A program made the translations under genes and the position numbers. The notes under the pieces were generated by a model. It saw only the letters and a program-made list of their open reading frames with translations, made no database searches and had not been told where the DNA came from. Shown here piece by piece: positions 38,024 through 48,130 of a stretch of DNA of 64,000 nucleotides. Source of the stretch: Acidobacteriota bacterium (GTDB lineage: Bacteria > Acidobacteriota > UBA6911 > RPQK01 > JADFOI01); the NCBI GenBank assembly GCA_963663035.1, contig OY760074.1, positions 3,136,001 to 3,200,000 of the forward strand, in the 5' to 3' direction. Each line of letters opens with the position of its first letter. Positions within the stretch are counted from its first letter, which is position 1.

Positions 38024-39490
38024 ATGAAGCCAGCAACACTCGGAGAATTAAAACAGCAACATGGCGAGCCATCCGGCTATCGATCCGTAAGAGATGAGAT
38101 CCGCGACAATCTGATTCGCAAACTCGCCAGCAAAGAGCCCCTCTTTCCGGGCATTATCGGTTACCATGATTCGGTCATCCCGGGCATTATCAATGCTCTG
38201 CTGTCCAGACATAATCTCATTATCCTGGGATTGCGCGGGCAAGCTAAGAGCCGTATTCTGCGTGCGCTCACAGACTTCCTTGAGGAGGAGATCGCCTGCG
38301 TGGCAGGCTGTGAGATTAATGATGACCCCTTCTTCCCGATTTGTGCGATTTGCAAAAAACGCATTCAGGAGGAAGCCGATGACTTGCCTATCGCTTTTCT
38401 TCCGCGAGACAAGCGTTATGTGGAGAAGCTGGCCACCCCTGACGTCACCATCGCTGACATGATTGGTGACCTGGATCCCATCAAAGCTGCTAAACACGGC
38501 AGAGATCTTTCTGCCCAGGAGAACATCCATTTCGGGCTCTTGCCTCGAGCCCACCGGGGAATCTTTGCCATAAACGAACTGCCGGATTTGGCCCCCAAGA
38601 TTCAAGTCGGGCTTTTCAACATCATGCAAGAGGGAGATGTACAAATCAAAGGCTTCCCGATTCGATTGCCCATCGATATCTTCATGGTCTTTTCAGCCAA
38701 CCCGGAGGATTACACTGCGCGGGGAAGAATTATTACCCCTTTGAAAGATCGCATCGGATCAGAGGTGAAAACCCATTATCCACACACTATCGAAGATGGA
38801 ATCTCAATCACCCTTCAGGAATCCTGGCTGGAGCGAAACGGCTCAAACAAAATAGTAACGCCTGATTTCATTTCCGAAATCATCGAAGGAATCGCATTCC
38901 AGGGTCGTCAGGATCAGCGGATCGATCAACGCTCTGGTGTCAGCCAGCGCTTGCCCATCTCCTGCCTCGAAGTCACTGTCAGCAACGCCGAACAGCGAGC
39001 GCTGAGGGCCCAGGAAGACCAGGTGGTGCCCCGCCTTTCTGACGTCTATGCTTCCCTTCCAGCCATCACCGGAAAGCTGGAACTGGAGTACGAGGGAGAA
39101 TTAAAAGGGGCTGAGAAGATCGCCATCCAACTGATCCAGTCATCGGTCTTGAGAGCTTTTGAACGACACTTCCCGAATCAGACATTCGATCAGATTGTGC
39201 AGTGGTTCGACCTGGGAGGTGAAGTGCTGGTCAGCGACCAAACCCCATCTCAGGAGTATTTCCAGAAAGTGAAATCGATCCAGGGGCTGGAGGAAACCTT
39301 GGAGAAGTTGGGAGTTTCCCCAGAGAGCGATCCGGCAACCGCTGTCTCGCTCATTGAGTTCATACTGGAAGGGCTTCACGCCCAGAAGAAACTGAGTCGC
39401 AACCAGGAACGCGGGTACTTTAGGGAAGCTGCAGAAAAGGACGAAGAATTGCTGGGGGACTATCCTCTCCCCAAAAGGTCGTTCAACTGA
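38024..39490 (+). CDS. Magnesium-chelatase/MoxR-like AAA+ ATPase
   Basis: GLRGQAKS, EKLATPD, INELPDL and ANPEDYT.RGRIITPLKDR motifs. Confidence 0.88.
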   Translation: MKPATLGELKQQHGEPSGYRSVRDEIRDNLIRKLASKEPLFPGIIGYHDSVIPGIINALLSRHNLIILGLRGQAKSRILRALTDFLEEEIACVAGCEINDDPFFPICAICKKRIQEEADDLPIAFLPRDKRYVEKLATPDVTIADMIGDLDPIKAAKHGRDLSAQENIHFGLLPRAHRGIFAINELPDLAPKIQVGLFNIMQEGDVQIKGFPIRLPIDIFMVFSANPEDYTARGRIITPLKDRIGSEVKTHYPHTIEDGISITLQESWLERNGSNKIVTPDFISEIIEGIAFQGRQDQRIDQRSGVSQRLPISCLEVTVSNAEQRALRAQEDQVVPRLSDVYASLPAITGKLELEYEGELKGAEKIAIQLIQSSVLRAFERHFPNQTFDQIVQWFDLGGEVLVSDQTPSQEYFQKVKSIQGLEETLEKLGVSPESDPATAVSLIEFILEGLHAQKKLSRNQERGYFREAAEKDEELLGDYPLPKRSFN

Positions 39491-39508
39491 GGCTCATACG
39501 CCGAAACC

Positions 39509-40765
39509 ATGAGTCGATTCCGTTATACGAAATACATTCCTCAGCCTCTGGATGAGATTGACCTGGAAGAGCTGGTGAACCAGCTCAAGGGTTTCTTTCT
39601 GGAAAGCGGTTTTGATTCTCCATTTCGGCGCAGCTCTCACTTCGATCAGACACTGGAGAACCTCTATCGGGCCCTGGCTGAGTTGCTCTCTCAGGACGAA
39701 CGCTTACCTCCAGAATGGCGCGCAGCCCTGGATGGTTATGTGGACGATTTTCCGGAGGGCCGGCTGCCCAGCGACGTTCAGGACTTCTTAGATCAGTTGA
39801 TTCAGCGTTTGATTAACGAAAACTATATCCATGCTTCCGAAGAAGGTTGGGACCAGGCTCCTCAACCAGGAGAGGGAAGCGAGGAGGATCCCGTCAAACA
39901 CATTCGGTTCGACCTGACGGACAAGAGCCTTGACTTTCTGGGTTACAAGACTTTACGCGAACTGATGGGCACACTCGGTCGAAGCAGTTTTGGTCGCCAC
40001 CCAACACACCAGCTGTCCACCGGCGTACAATCAGACTCTCACAGCCGCCCCTACGAGTTTGGCGATACCCTCAACCTGGATATCAGTGCCACCCTGCTGG
40101 AGGCCGTCAAACGGGAAGGATTGGAGCTGCCCTTCAGCCTGGAATATAAGGACTTGATGGTTTACCAAACCGACTATCACAGTTCCTGTGCTACCGTCCT
40201 GTTGTTGGACTGCAGTCACAGCATGATCCTCTATGGTGAGGACCGCTTCACCCCGGCCAAAAAAGTGGCACTGGCACTAGCGCATCTCATCCGCAGTCAA
40301 TTCCTGGGAGACTCTCTCAATGTGGTTCTTTTCCATGATTCTGCAGAGGAAATTCCTTTGGCCAAGTTTGCCTCTGCGAAAGTTGGCCCTTACCACACCA
40401 ATACCTGCGAAGGCCTTCGTCTCGCGCGCCACATTCTCCTGAGCCAGAAGAAAGAAATGCGGCAGATCATCATGATCACCGACGGCAAACCTTCAGCAAT
40501 CACTCTCCCCAATGGGCGGATTTACCGGAACTCGCTTGGTTTGGATCCCATGATCCTGCAAAAGACATATAGAGAAGTAGCCAACTGCCGAAAGGCGGGT
40601 ATTTTGATCAATACCTTTATGCTGGCCAGAGACTATTATCTAGTGGACTTTGTTAAGAAAGTTTCACAGATTTGTCGCGGAAAGGCCTACTTCACCACCA
40701 CCCTGAATCTTGCCAGCTATATTCTGGTAGATTTCATGGCGAAAAAGACGAAAACGGTGCATTGA
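39509..40765 (+). CDS. VWA-domain protein, partner of the AAA+ ATPase
   Basis: MIDAS DCSHSM...TN...ITDGKP. Confidence 0.88.
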   Translation: MSRFRYTKYIPQPLDEIDLEELVNQLKGFFLESGFDSPFRRSSHFDQTLENLYRALAELLSQDERLPPEWRAALDGYVDDFPEGRLPSDVQDFLDQLIQRLINENYIHASEEGWDQAPQPGEGSEEDPVKHIRFDLTDKSLDFLGYKTLRELMGTLGRSSFGRHPTHQLSTGVQSDSHSRPYEFGDTLNLDISATLLEAVKREGLELPFSLEYKDLMVYQTDYHSSCATVLLLDCSHSMILYGEDRFTPAKKVALALAHLIRSQFLGDSLNVVLFHDSAEEIPLAKFASAKVGPYHTNTCEGLRLARHILLSQKKEMRQIIMITDGKPSAITLPNGRIYRNSLGLDPMILQKTYREVANCRKAGILINTFMLARDYYLVDFVKKVSQICRGKAYFTTTLNLASYILVDFMAKKTKTVH

Positions 40766-40777
40766 TGAGGCCAACGG

Positions 40778-41758
40778 ATGAATAAGAAAAAGTCTGAGAA
40801 AAAACTGGAACCCAATGAGGAGAGCATTGAATCGCTCCTTGAGCCAAAGAGCGAGGAGCCAGCATCCGAGAAGCTGTCACCTGAGGCACGGAACAAGCTC
40901 GCCACGCTTGACCCGGTACGCAGATACCTGCTGGAAATCAGCAGCTTCGAACCCCTAACGCCCGAGGAAGAACATCGCTTGGCGGTGCTGTACCGCAAGG
41001 AGGGCGATCAGCAAGCAGCTTACCGCCTCATCACCTCGAACCTTCGGCTGGTGGTTCAGATCGCGAGGCTTTATAACCGAGTTTATGCGAACGCAATGGA
41101 TCTTATCCAGGAGGGGAACATCGGCTTGATGGAAGCAGTGAAACGCTTCGATCCCTACCGAGAAGCCCGTCTTCCGACCTATGCCAGCTGGTGGATCAAA
41201 GCTTACATCCTCAAGTTCATCCTGGACAACTTCCGGATCGTGCGAGTGGGAACAACCAACGAAAGAAGGAAGTTGTTTTTTAACCTCCGTAAAGAGAAAG
41301 AGAAACTGCGCTTGCAGGGAATCGATCCTACTCCCGCCTTAATCGCTAAACGGCTGAATGTCAGCCCCGAAGAGGTGCGTGCACTAGAACAAACCATTGA
41401 ATCCAGTGATTTGAGTCTGGATGCCTCTGTTGGTGAGGACCAGTCCCTCCGCTATTTGGACACCCTGACGGCAACCGAAGAGATGGTGGACGATCAGCTG
41501 GCTCGGGGAGAACTCAAGGAGCTCTTTCATCAAGAAATTCAAGAGTTCTCCCGAGCTCTAAAGGAGCGAGAACGGGTCATCCTGTACGAGCGTTTAGTTG
41601 CTGAAACACCGCGAACCTTACAGGACATTGCAGCTCAATTTGAGGTGAGCCGAGAAGCCATCCGCTTGAACGAGAAAGCTCTGGTTGCAAAAATCAAAGA
41701 GCATATGCAAAAAGCTTTCAAAAATGTTACCGAGTTTGAGTTTGGGATGATTACCTGA
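40778..41758 (+). CDS. Sigma-70 family sigma factor, RpoH-like
   Basis: SNLRLVV, DLIQEGNIGLM.AV.RFDP and YASWWI motifs; RpoH box-like ERRKLFFNLRK; region 4 HTH. Confidence 0.88.
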   Translation: MNKKKSEKKLEPNEESIESLLEPKSEEPASEKLSPEARNKLATLDPVRRYLLEISSFEPLTPEEEHRLAVLYRKEGDQQAAYRLITSNLRLVVQIARLYNRVYANAMDLIQEGNIGLMEAVKRFDPYREARLPTYASWWIKAYILKFILDNFRIVRVGTTNERRKLFFNLRKEKEKLRLQGIDPTPALIAKRLNVSPEEVRALEQTIESSDLSLDASVGEDQSLRYLDTLTATEEMVDDQLARGELKELFHQEIQEFSRALKERERVILYERLVAETPRTLQDIAAQFEVSREAIRLNEKALVAKIKEHMQKAFKNVTEFEFGMIT

Positions 41759-41861
41759 GAGGGGAGAGGAGGTAGGAGACAGGAGGGAGGAGGTTTCAAA
41801 CTCCAGGTTCCAGCCTTCAAGTTCCAGATTGCAAGCCTCTCTCCTGACTCCTGACTCCTTC

Positions 41862-42875
41862 CTACAAAATCAACATCGCGTCTCCATAGCTGTAAAAACG
41901 ATAGCCCCGGTCAATGGCCTCCCGGTAACATTTTTGTAGCAGCTTTCTTCCCGCGAAAGCCGAGACCAGGAGGAGGAGCGTGGATCTAGGGAGATGAAAG
42001 TTGGTGATGAGACCTCCGATCACTCTGAAATCAAACCCCGGGGAGATAAAAAGATCGGTCCACCCGCGATCGGCCGCAATTTGCTGATGCTTGGAAAAGA
42101 CGTGCTCCAGGGCGCGAGTCGTGGTTGTCCCCACTGCGATCACACGGCCGGTCCTTTGGACCTCAGCAATACGCGTGGCCGCTTCTGAGCCGATCTCATA
42201 GTACTCAGAATCCATCTGATGCTCCTCAACACTCTCCGCCGTAACCGGTTTGAAGGTCCCATAGCCGACATGCAAGGTAATCTTGCAATGGGAGGTCTCC
42301 TCCAACAACTCCTGTGTCAAGTGAAGTCCAGCCGTGGGCGCTGCCACAGATCCAGGAACTCTGGCGAAGACCGTTTGGTATCGCTTTCGATCATCTGTGG
42401 TTGACTGGCGACTGATATATGGGGGAAGAGGCGTCTGTCCCAGTCTGTCGATCCACTCCCAAAACTCTCCGGAATACTCGAAGCGCAGCTGGCGCACCGC
42501 TGAATCGGAAGCATCAAGGACCTCAGCTTCAAATTCACCAGATTGGAAAACCAAGCGAACGCCCGGCCGGGCCTTCTTACCCGGTTTGATGAGAGCTTCC
42601 CACACATCCCCTTCAAGGGAAGAAAGCAGCAGGACTTCTATCTTCTCCTGCCGGCCTTCTCGATAGGCAAACAGGCGGGCTGGAATCACTCGGGTGTTAT
42701 TCAGAACGAGCAAATCCCGCGATGAAAGGAAGCGTGGTAGATCTCGGAACCGGTGATGCTCAAGACTTTGAGAGACTCGATCGACCACCATCAAGCGGGA
42801 CTGGTCCCGCTTCTCACAGGGATGCTGGGCAATGAGCTCAGGAGGCAGATGGTAGTCGAAATCAGCGATCTTCAC
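41862..42875 (-). CDS. queA: S-adenosylmethionine:tRNA ribosyltransferase-isomerase
   Basis: FDYHLP.ELIAQ, PLPPYI, YQTVFA, AAPTAGLH, TNFHLP and YSYGDAM motifs. Confidence 0.96.
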   Translation of the reverse strand: MKIADFDYHLPPELIAQHPCEKRDQSRLMVVDRVSQSLEHHRFRDLPRFLSSRDLLVLNNTRVIPARLFAYREGRQEKIEVLLLSSLEGDVWEALIKPGKKARPGVRLVFQSGEFEAEVLDASDSAVRQLRFEYSGEFWEWIDRLGQTPLPPYISRQSTTDDRKRYQTVFARVPGSVAAPTAGLHLTQELLEETSHCKITLHVGYGTFKPVTAESVEEHQMDSEYYEIGSEAATRIAEVQRTGRVIAVGTTTTRALEHVFSKHQQIAADRGWTDLFISPGFDFRVIGGLITNFHLPRSTLLLLVSAFAGRKLLQKCYREAIDRGYRFYSYGDAMLIL

Positions 42876-42903
42876 AGAAATATTCTATACTCCTTTCTTC
42901 GAA

Positions 42904-44058
42904 ATGCAGATTCATAAATCCATTCTGAGACTTTCTGCCGGGCACTTTCTCATTGATGCCTACGCCAGTATGCTGGGGGCCTTTCTCCCCTTTCTCCACG
43001 ACAAATTAAATCTCTCATTGTCTCAGGCGGGGATTCTGGGGGGAGCCCTGGTCTTTTCCAGTTCCCTCATGCAACCCCTTTATGGATATCTGGCGGACCG
43101 TTTCCGACACAAGGTCTTCGCCGCACTGGGCCCGGCCGTGGCAGGTGTCTTTATCTGTTGCCTGGGGCTGGCTCCCAGCTTCACCTCCCTGTTGATCCTT
43201 GTCATGCTGGGTGGCGTTGGGATCGCCTCCTTTCATCCTCAAGGGGCAGCCGTCACTGCTCAAGTTGGCAGCCAACGTCGTGGATATCACATGGCAGTCT
43301 TCATTACGGGCGGGATGGTAGGGTACTCGATCGGTCCTGTCTATATTACCAGTGTCATCACCTTGGCTGGTCTCGAAAACAGCTACTGGGCAGCACTGCC
43401 GGGCGTTCTGATGAGCGCCTACCTGTTGGTCTATGGACCCTCACTTCAAAAAGTGGGCGAGCAGGTTAGGCCGATTCGCCTCAGAGAACGCCTGAAGGAA
43501 AAACGCCGGCCACTCTTGATCCATTATTCCCTGGTAGTCGTTCGCTCGATCAACCACCTGGTGTTCGTGGCCTTTCTTCCCTTATACCTGACCATGCGAG
43601 GTCACAGTAAAATGGAGGCCGCTCTGACTCTGACGCTCTTTCTGCTGGCTGGAGCAATCACGGGACTGTGGGGTGGAATTCTGGCCGATCGCTTTGGAGG
43701 TAAGCTGGTCATTGCTATTTCCATGATCGGCTACGCTCCTCTCGCAGTCGCGTTTCTCTTGACAACCGGCCCCTTGTCGATTGTCTTGTGTGCCTTGGCA
43801 GGAGCATTTCTTCTCTTTTCGAATCCAGTCAATGTGGTCATGGCCCAGAGACTGATTCCGGAATCCGCCAGTACTGTGTCGGCACTGATGATGGGCTTTG
43901 CCTGGGGCGTGGGCGGATTTATCATCCCCTTGGTAGGGATTCTGAGCGACACCTTTGGTCTTCAGACAATTCTGCTGTGGCTCATCCTGCTGTGCTCACC
44001 CGGGGTCTTACCCGCTTTTCTGCTGCCCTCACGCCCAGAGCCGCACACAACCCCCTAG
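42904..44058 (+). CDS. MFS transporter (Fsr-like)
   Basis: H...D.Y, QP..GYLADR and FHP motifs; about 12 hydrophobic segments. Confidence 0.88.
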   Translation: MQIHKSILRLSAGHFLIDAYASMLGAFLPFLHDKLNLSLSQAGILGGALVFSSSLMQPLYGYLADRFRHKVFAALGPAVAGVFICCLGLAPSFTSLLILVMLGGVGIASFHPQGAAVTAQVGSQRRGYHMAVFITGGMVGYSIGPVYITSVITLAGLENSYWAALPGVLMSAYLLVYGPSLQKVGEQVRPIRLRERLKEKRRPLLIHYSLVVVRSINHLVFVAFLPLYLTMRGHSKMEAALTLTLFLLAGAITGLWGGILADRFGGKLVIAISMIGYAPLAVAFLLTTGPLSIVLCALAGAFLLFSNPVNVVMAQRLIPESASTVSALMMGFAWGVGGFIIPLVGILSDTFGLQTILLWLILLCSPGVLPAFLLPSRPEPHTTP

Positions 44059-44138
44059 ATATCTAGTCTGTACGCTGCCAGTTTGCACCGCTTTAGGTCA
44101 GACCAGTATACTGAACTAGGAGCTCTAAGGAGCACTAA

Positions 44139-44381
44139 ATGAGAAAAACAGACTGGATTACCCTGGATTATCTTGAGTTCTTCTGCCAACAGAACCATCT
44201 CGTGATCGGTTGCAAAAGGGGAGAAGAGGAGGTTTGGATTTCTCCTCTAGGGCCGCACCCTTCAAACCTGACTTCAAAAGAGGTGCAACACATCCTGAGG
44301 GGCAGTGCCAACTTCGAAATACGCACGACTCTAGACGCTGGAGTTGACGCATTCGCATTTCATGAGTCGGGACGAGCTTGA
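44139..44381 (+). CDS. Small hypothetical protein (80 aa)
   Basis: Strong TAAGGAG RBS; possible TTGCAC-N18-TATACT promoter at 44083-44112. Confidence 0.55.
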   Translation: MRKTDWITLDYLEFFCQQNHLVIGCKRGEEEVWISPLGPHPSNLTSKEVQHILRGSANFEIRTTLDAGVDAFAFHESGRA

Positions 44382-44451
44382 ACACAAAATCCGCCGCCTG
44401 ATGAATTAGTCAGTACCTTTCATAAATCGCTCTCACCCTCCTAGTGCTCAC

Positions 44452-45222
44452 TTAGGAAGTACTCTCCGCGAGCCCGTAGGAGTCTATCAACTTTATGAAC
44501 TCGTCATCTTGGCGAACATTTTCAAAAGCTTCGTCGCTCATCAGCCTCTCACTATCTGAGAAACCAGCTGAAAGTGCTTTCCCTAGATATCCCAAACAAG
44601 TGTCTTTATCTCCCAACTCTGCAAAGATCCGAGCCATCTGATAAAACTTTTCCGGGTTGGCGGCGTCGTCAAATTCGTATGACAGCTCGATGATATCCGT
44701 TCTTTGGAAGATTTCAGGGTCAACTTCCAGGGCCATCTGATAAGTACGCATTCCCTCCTCATACTCGTCGTCCCGGATATAGGCGTGTCCCAGATTAAGG
44801 TAGAAACTTCCCTCCTCCGGCCTTAATCTAATCGCTTCTTTAAAGGATTGGATTGCCTTCCGGTTTAGTAGAGTTGCCAGAAAGATGATTCCTCTTGTGT
44901 TGTGCGCAAAAGGGTACTCGGGCTCGAGTCGAATAGCGCGCCTTACCGCCTGTTCAGCTTGACGAAATTGCCTCAGACGAGAATAGGCCATGGCCAATTT
45001 ATTGAAGATGACTTCGTGGTAGGGATTGAGCCTTGAGGCTTCCAGATACTTGAGCAGTGCAAAATGTTCACTTCCCTCTAAAAACATTTGATCTCCCTCC
45101 GCCATCAAACGGTAGGAAGCCAGAAGATCTTCTCGCGGAACTGTCAGTTTGGGGATTCGTTCCAGCCCACCACATGCGGACAAAGCCGCTAATGTCAGAC
45201 CGAAAACAACTTTCAACCTCAT
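44452..45222 (-). CDS. TPR-repeat lipoprotein
   Basis: LSAC lipobox; repeated A..L.P TPR pattern. Confidence 0.85.
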   Translation of the reverse strand: MRLKVVFGLTLAALSACGGLERIPKLTVPREDLLASYRLMAEGDQMFLEGSEHFALLKYLEASRLNPYHEVIFNKLAMAYSRLRQFRQAEQAVRRAIRLEPEYPFAHNTRGIIFLATLLNRKAIQSFKEAIRLRPEEGSFYLNLGHAYIRDDEYEEGMRTYQMALEVDPEIFQRTDIIELSYEFDDAANPEKFYQMARIFAELGDKDTCLGYLGKALSAGFSDSERLMSDEAFENVRQDDEFIKLIDSYGLAESTS

Positions 45223-45356
45223 CTTTCTCTCATTTTACCACGGACTGCTTATCGCTCAGGAGGTGAAAAAGCTGGAGAAATCGCAGATTGCACCCCAGAT
45301 CGATTGTTCGTTTGGCAAACGTCGTTTACAATGATGCGGATCTGAAGATAGTTAAT

Positions 45357-45971
45357 ATGGACAAAACGAAAACCAAAGTGACAAGCACCCACAAAGCCAT
45401 TGATGAGCTCCTGAGTCAGATTATTGACGAGTGGTACCATCGGATATCCCCGCACTATGTGACCCACAGACAGACTCTCGCCAGCGATTCCAAAGGCCAG
45501 GATCGTGAGGAAGAACTAAAGTTTTTCCACGACAGGACAGGTCACCGCATCAAGTTCAACAAGGATGAACTCGATTTTACTTACGGTCTAAGGTGCCAAC
45601 GGGAAAACGAATACTCCATTATTGAAATCAGCGTAAACAATAAAGTCAAAGATTTTGACTACAAGGACTTTCAGCGACGTCTTGTCTCTCATTATAAAAA
45701 AATGGGGAACCGGAAAGTCCCCAGTCCCTTCCAGCTGAAAAGTTATTCCTATCAAGAGATCTTCCAACTCGAACCCAACCTCGAAGAGACCTTTAGTGTT
45801 GAAAGCCGCGACCAAAAGGCAGACATAATGCGTCTTTCTTTCCGAGTAGGCGACCGCTTCACAGAAAAACTGGCTTCTCATCCGGTGGCAGGCAAAAAGC
45901 TCATCGAAGAATACTGTGTCTCGCCTTTCCGAAAAGTTTACGCCACAGTCTACCGCCGAGTATCGCGCTGA
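45357..45971 (+). CDS. Hypothetical protein
   Basis: About 200-aa open frame with no recognised motif; start uncertain. Confidence 0.6.
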   Translation: MDKTKTKVTSTHKAIDELLSQIIDEWYHRISPHYVTHRQTLASDSKGQDREEELKFFHDRTGHRIKFNKDELDFTYGLRCQRENEYSIIEISVNNKVKDFDYKDFQRRLVSHYKKMGNRKVPSPFQLKSYSYQEIFQLEPNLEETFSVESRDQKADIMRLSFRVGDRFTEKLASHPVAGKKLIEEYCVSPFRKVYATVYRRVSR

Positions 45972-45990
45972 AACAGTCTGGGGAAAAATC

Positions 45991-46620
45991 ATGGCACAAG
46001 TAGCTTCCAAAAGTGAAAAGACTGATCAGTTGAACCGGGTAGCCTGGATTAGGACCGTAGCAGAGACAGAGGCCACCGGCTATGTAAAGAACATTTACCA
46101 GGGCTTCAAATCTCAGAGGGGCTGGATACCCAACATCTGAAATCCACGACTATCCGCTCCGACCTCACTCGAGGCTGGGTTACTCTCTTTAACACTCTCA
46201 TGTATGGACCCTCAGGACTGAAGCGGGCCCAGCGGGAGATGCTCGCGGTCGTGGTCTCAGCCGTGAATCACTGCCCCTATTGAGTGGAGGCACACGGGGA
46301 GTTTCTCCGTGCTGAACTGGGTGATCCCAAGCTAGCAGAAGCCATCAAACAAGACTACCGTCAGGCCCCCCTGGATCCTGCCACACGCGCACTCCTGGAC
46401 TTCGCCGTCAAGCTTCACTCGAAAAGCCCACACTTGTTCAGAGCAAGACCTCGAGCAACTCAGAGGACATGGTTTTTCTGAGGAGGACATCGTAGACGCC
46501 GTGGCAGTGATCAGCTTCTTCAACTATATCAACCGCATCGCTGACGGTCTGGGAATTGTTCTCAATGAAGAGTACAGGGGTATAGAGAAGAAGCAGATGG
46601 GAGCCGACGAGAAAAAGTAA
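45991..46620 (+). pseudogene. AhpD/CMD-family peroxidase-like selenoprotein (CxxU), interrupted by two compensating frameshifts
   Basis: Reassembled sequence: ..GWIPNI[L]KSTTIRS..QREMLAVVVSAVNHCPY-TGA-VEAHG..ALLDFAVKLT..GFSEEDIVDAVAVISFFNYINRIADGLG. One base is missing near 46137 and one is extra near 46415. TGA at 46281-46283. Confidence 0.8.
46293..46311 (+). promoter_or_regulatory. Candidate bacterial SECIS hairpin
   Basis: CACGGGGA-GUU-UCUCCGUG 8-bp stem (one G-U pair); the loop begins with GU, 17 nt after the UGA. Confidence 0.55.
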
Positions 46621-46650
46621 TTTGTTTGCCGTTTTGAGCCCACACGAGAA

Positions 46651-47295
46651 TCACCTTTTCTTCGCTCCCCCCAGAAGGGCCATCTCCAGCCACTTCCAGT
46701 GGCAATCCACGTCCTCGAATCCAATCTCGCGCAGCCACTGAAGCTGAATCTCTACGCTAACAAGCTTGTTGGAAGGATCCTCATCTGCCTCGGTGGCTCC
46801 GAGCGCCCGCAGAAATCTTCCGTGGAGCTCGGCGGTTGCGGGTGCCACATGCTCCAGGTTACAGAAGATGCCACCGGGCGATAACGCAGTGTAGATCTCG
46901 GAATAGAGCGCCTTCTTCCGCTCGTCGGTGCAGTGATGTATGGCAAAACTCGATACGATCACGTCGAATCGGGCGAGATCGGGCAGGGGCTCGTCCAGGT
47001 TATGCTCGATCACCTGAACCTTCCTGTCACCACGAAATCTCTCACCTGCGGCGGCCAGCATGGCGGGAGAGAAGTCGAGTGCGACACCCTCTGTGTCCTG
47101 CCTGTCAATCCGGAGCAAAGCCAGTAGGCGCCCGTCTCCGGTTCCCAGATCTAGAATTCGCTCAACCTTTTGTGGGACGAATTCCAGCAAGACAGCCTCG
47201 CCCTCCGTGCGATGTGGAAGCCGATCTGCACGAGCCAGATACTTCAGCGCGTGCTCGGCGTTTGCCCATTCGTTCAGATCAGGTTTGTTCCTCAT
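46651..47295 (-). CDS. Class I SAM-dependent methyltransferase
   Basis: [22 protein letters not shown] and L.PGG motifs. Confidence 0.9.
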   Translation of the reverse strand: MRNKPDLNEWANAEHALKYLARADRLPHRTEGEAVLLEFVPQKVERILDLGTGDGRLLALLRIDRQDTEGVALDFSPAMLAAAGERFRGDRKVQVIEHNLDEPLPDLARFDVIVSSFAIHHCTDERKKALYSEIYTALSPGGIFCNLEHVAPATAELHGRFLRALGATEADEDPSNKLVSVEIQLQWLREIGFEDVDCHWKWLEMALLGGAKKR

Positions 47296-47381
47296 GGGTT
47301 CTGATAAATGGCCCTGGCGTGGGAGGACTCAGGACTGAAGTCACAAAGAAGTTCAAAAGACTACAGAGGAGGTAAAACTGC

Positions 47382-48068
47382 CTATTCCGCTGCCACGATG
47401 TCGGTGACGAGACTGCCGCTGATAGCGGGCCGATAGACTTCCTCAAGCCACTTCGTGTGCTCTGGATGGGAACGATAGGCTTGTAAATCCTCGTCACTTT
47501 TAAATCCGGTCACCAGACCGTAAGAGTATTCCGAGCTTCCTCGAGTAACCTTTCCCACCACCACGGTTGCGACTTCAGGAATGCTTTCCAGCATCTTCCT
47601 TCCACTATCCAGGACAGCTTTCTTTTGTTCTTCTGAGACCTGGGGTTGAAATTCGAAGAGAACTTGATGAAAAATCTGAACTTCGGATCCTGTCGTCTCT
47701 GACTCACCCACATCGGGCGTTTCCTGGTGGGCTGGAACGGTGCTCGCTTCGTCTGGAAAATGCATGGCCAGGTACTTGGAGATAATCTCAGCTTCCCGGT
47801 CCATCCCGCCGGAGATTCTTCCCAACATGTCATAGACAGTGGCTTCCCAGCCTAGCAGGGTCTTCCTCTGAGAGAGAACCTGACCGAGTCCATGACAGCT
47901 CGTGCAAAGCGTCTGTACATATCCCTTGCCCTTCCCGTCCGGCATCTGGGCGCTCAACTGAGCACTGCTCGTCTCTGCAGAGGCGGCAATAGAAGAGCCA
48001 AAGACGAAGGTGCCCGCAAGAAGGGCGAGTCTGATACCAAAAAATGAGGCAAGAGTTTTCGAAGGCAT
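47382..48068 (-). CDS. Exported monoheme cytochrome c - Dabb (stress A/B barrel) fusion
   Basis: Signal peptide; CTSCH heme motif; C-terminal H.VLF.F...IP.V...Y.YGL...F..Y..HPEH Dabb pattern. Confidence 0.75.
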   Translation of the reverse strand: MPSKTLASFFGIRLALLAGTFVFGSSIAASAETSSAQLSAQMPDGKGKGYVQTLCTSCHGLGQVLSQRKTLLGWEATVYDMLGRISGGMDREAEIISKYLAMHFPDEASTVPAHQETPDVGESETTGSEVQIFHQVLFEFQPQVSEEQKKAVLDSGRKMLESIPEVATVVVGKVTRGSSEYSYGLVTGFKSDEDLQAYRSHPEHTKWLEEVYRPAISGSLVTDIVAAE

Positions 48069-48130
48069 AGGTTAGTCCTCTGGTCAATGGCGATTTCTCG
48101 CTCTGCTTTACTCTTTTTGTTTCCCGTCCC

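Noticed and set aside
41759-41861. Short CTCCTGA / TTCCAG-type tandem repeats between the sigma factor and queA
   Set aside because: Only two or three degenerate units; most likely a low-complexity terminator region.
46138-46140. TGA after PNI as a second Sec codon
   Set aside because: Readthrough stays in a non-homologous frame and stops at 46219; this TGA is created by the missing base.
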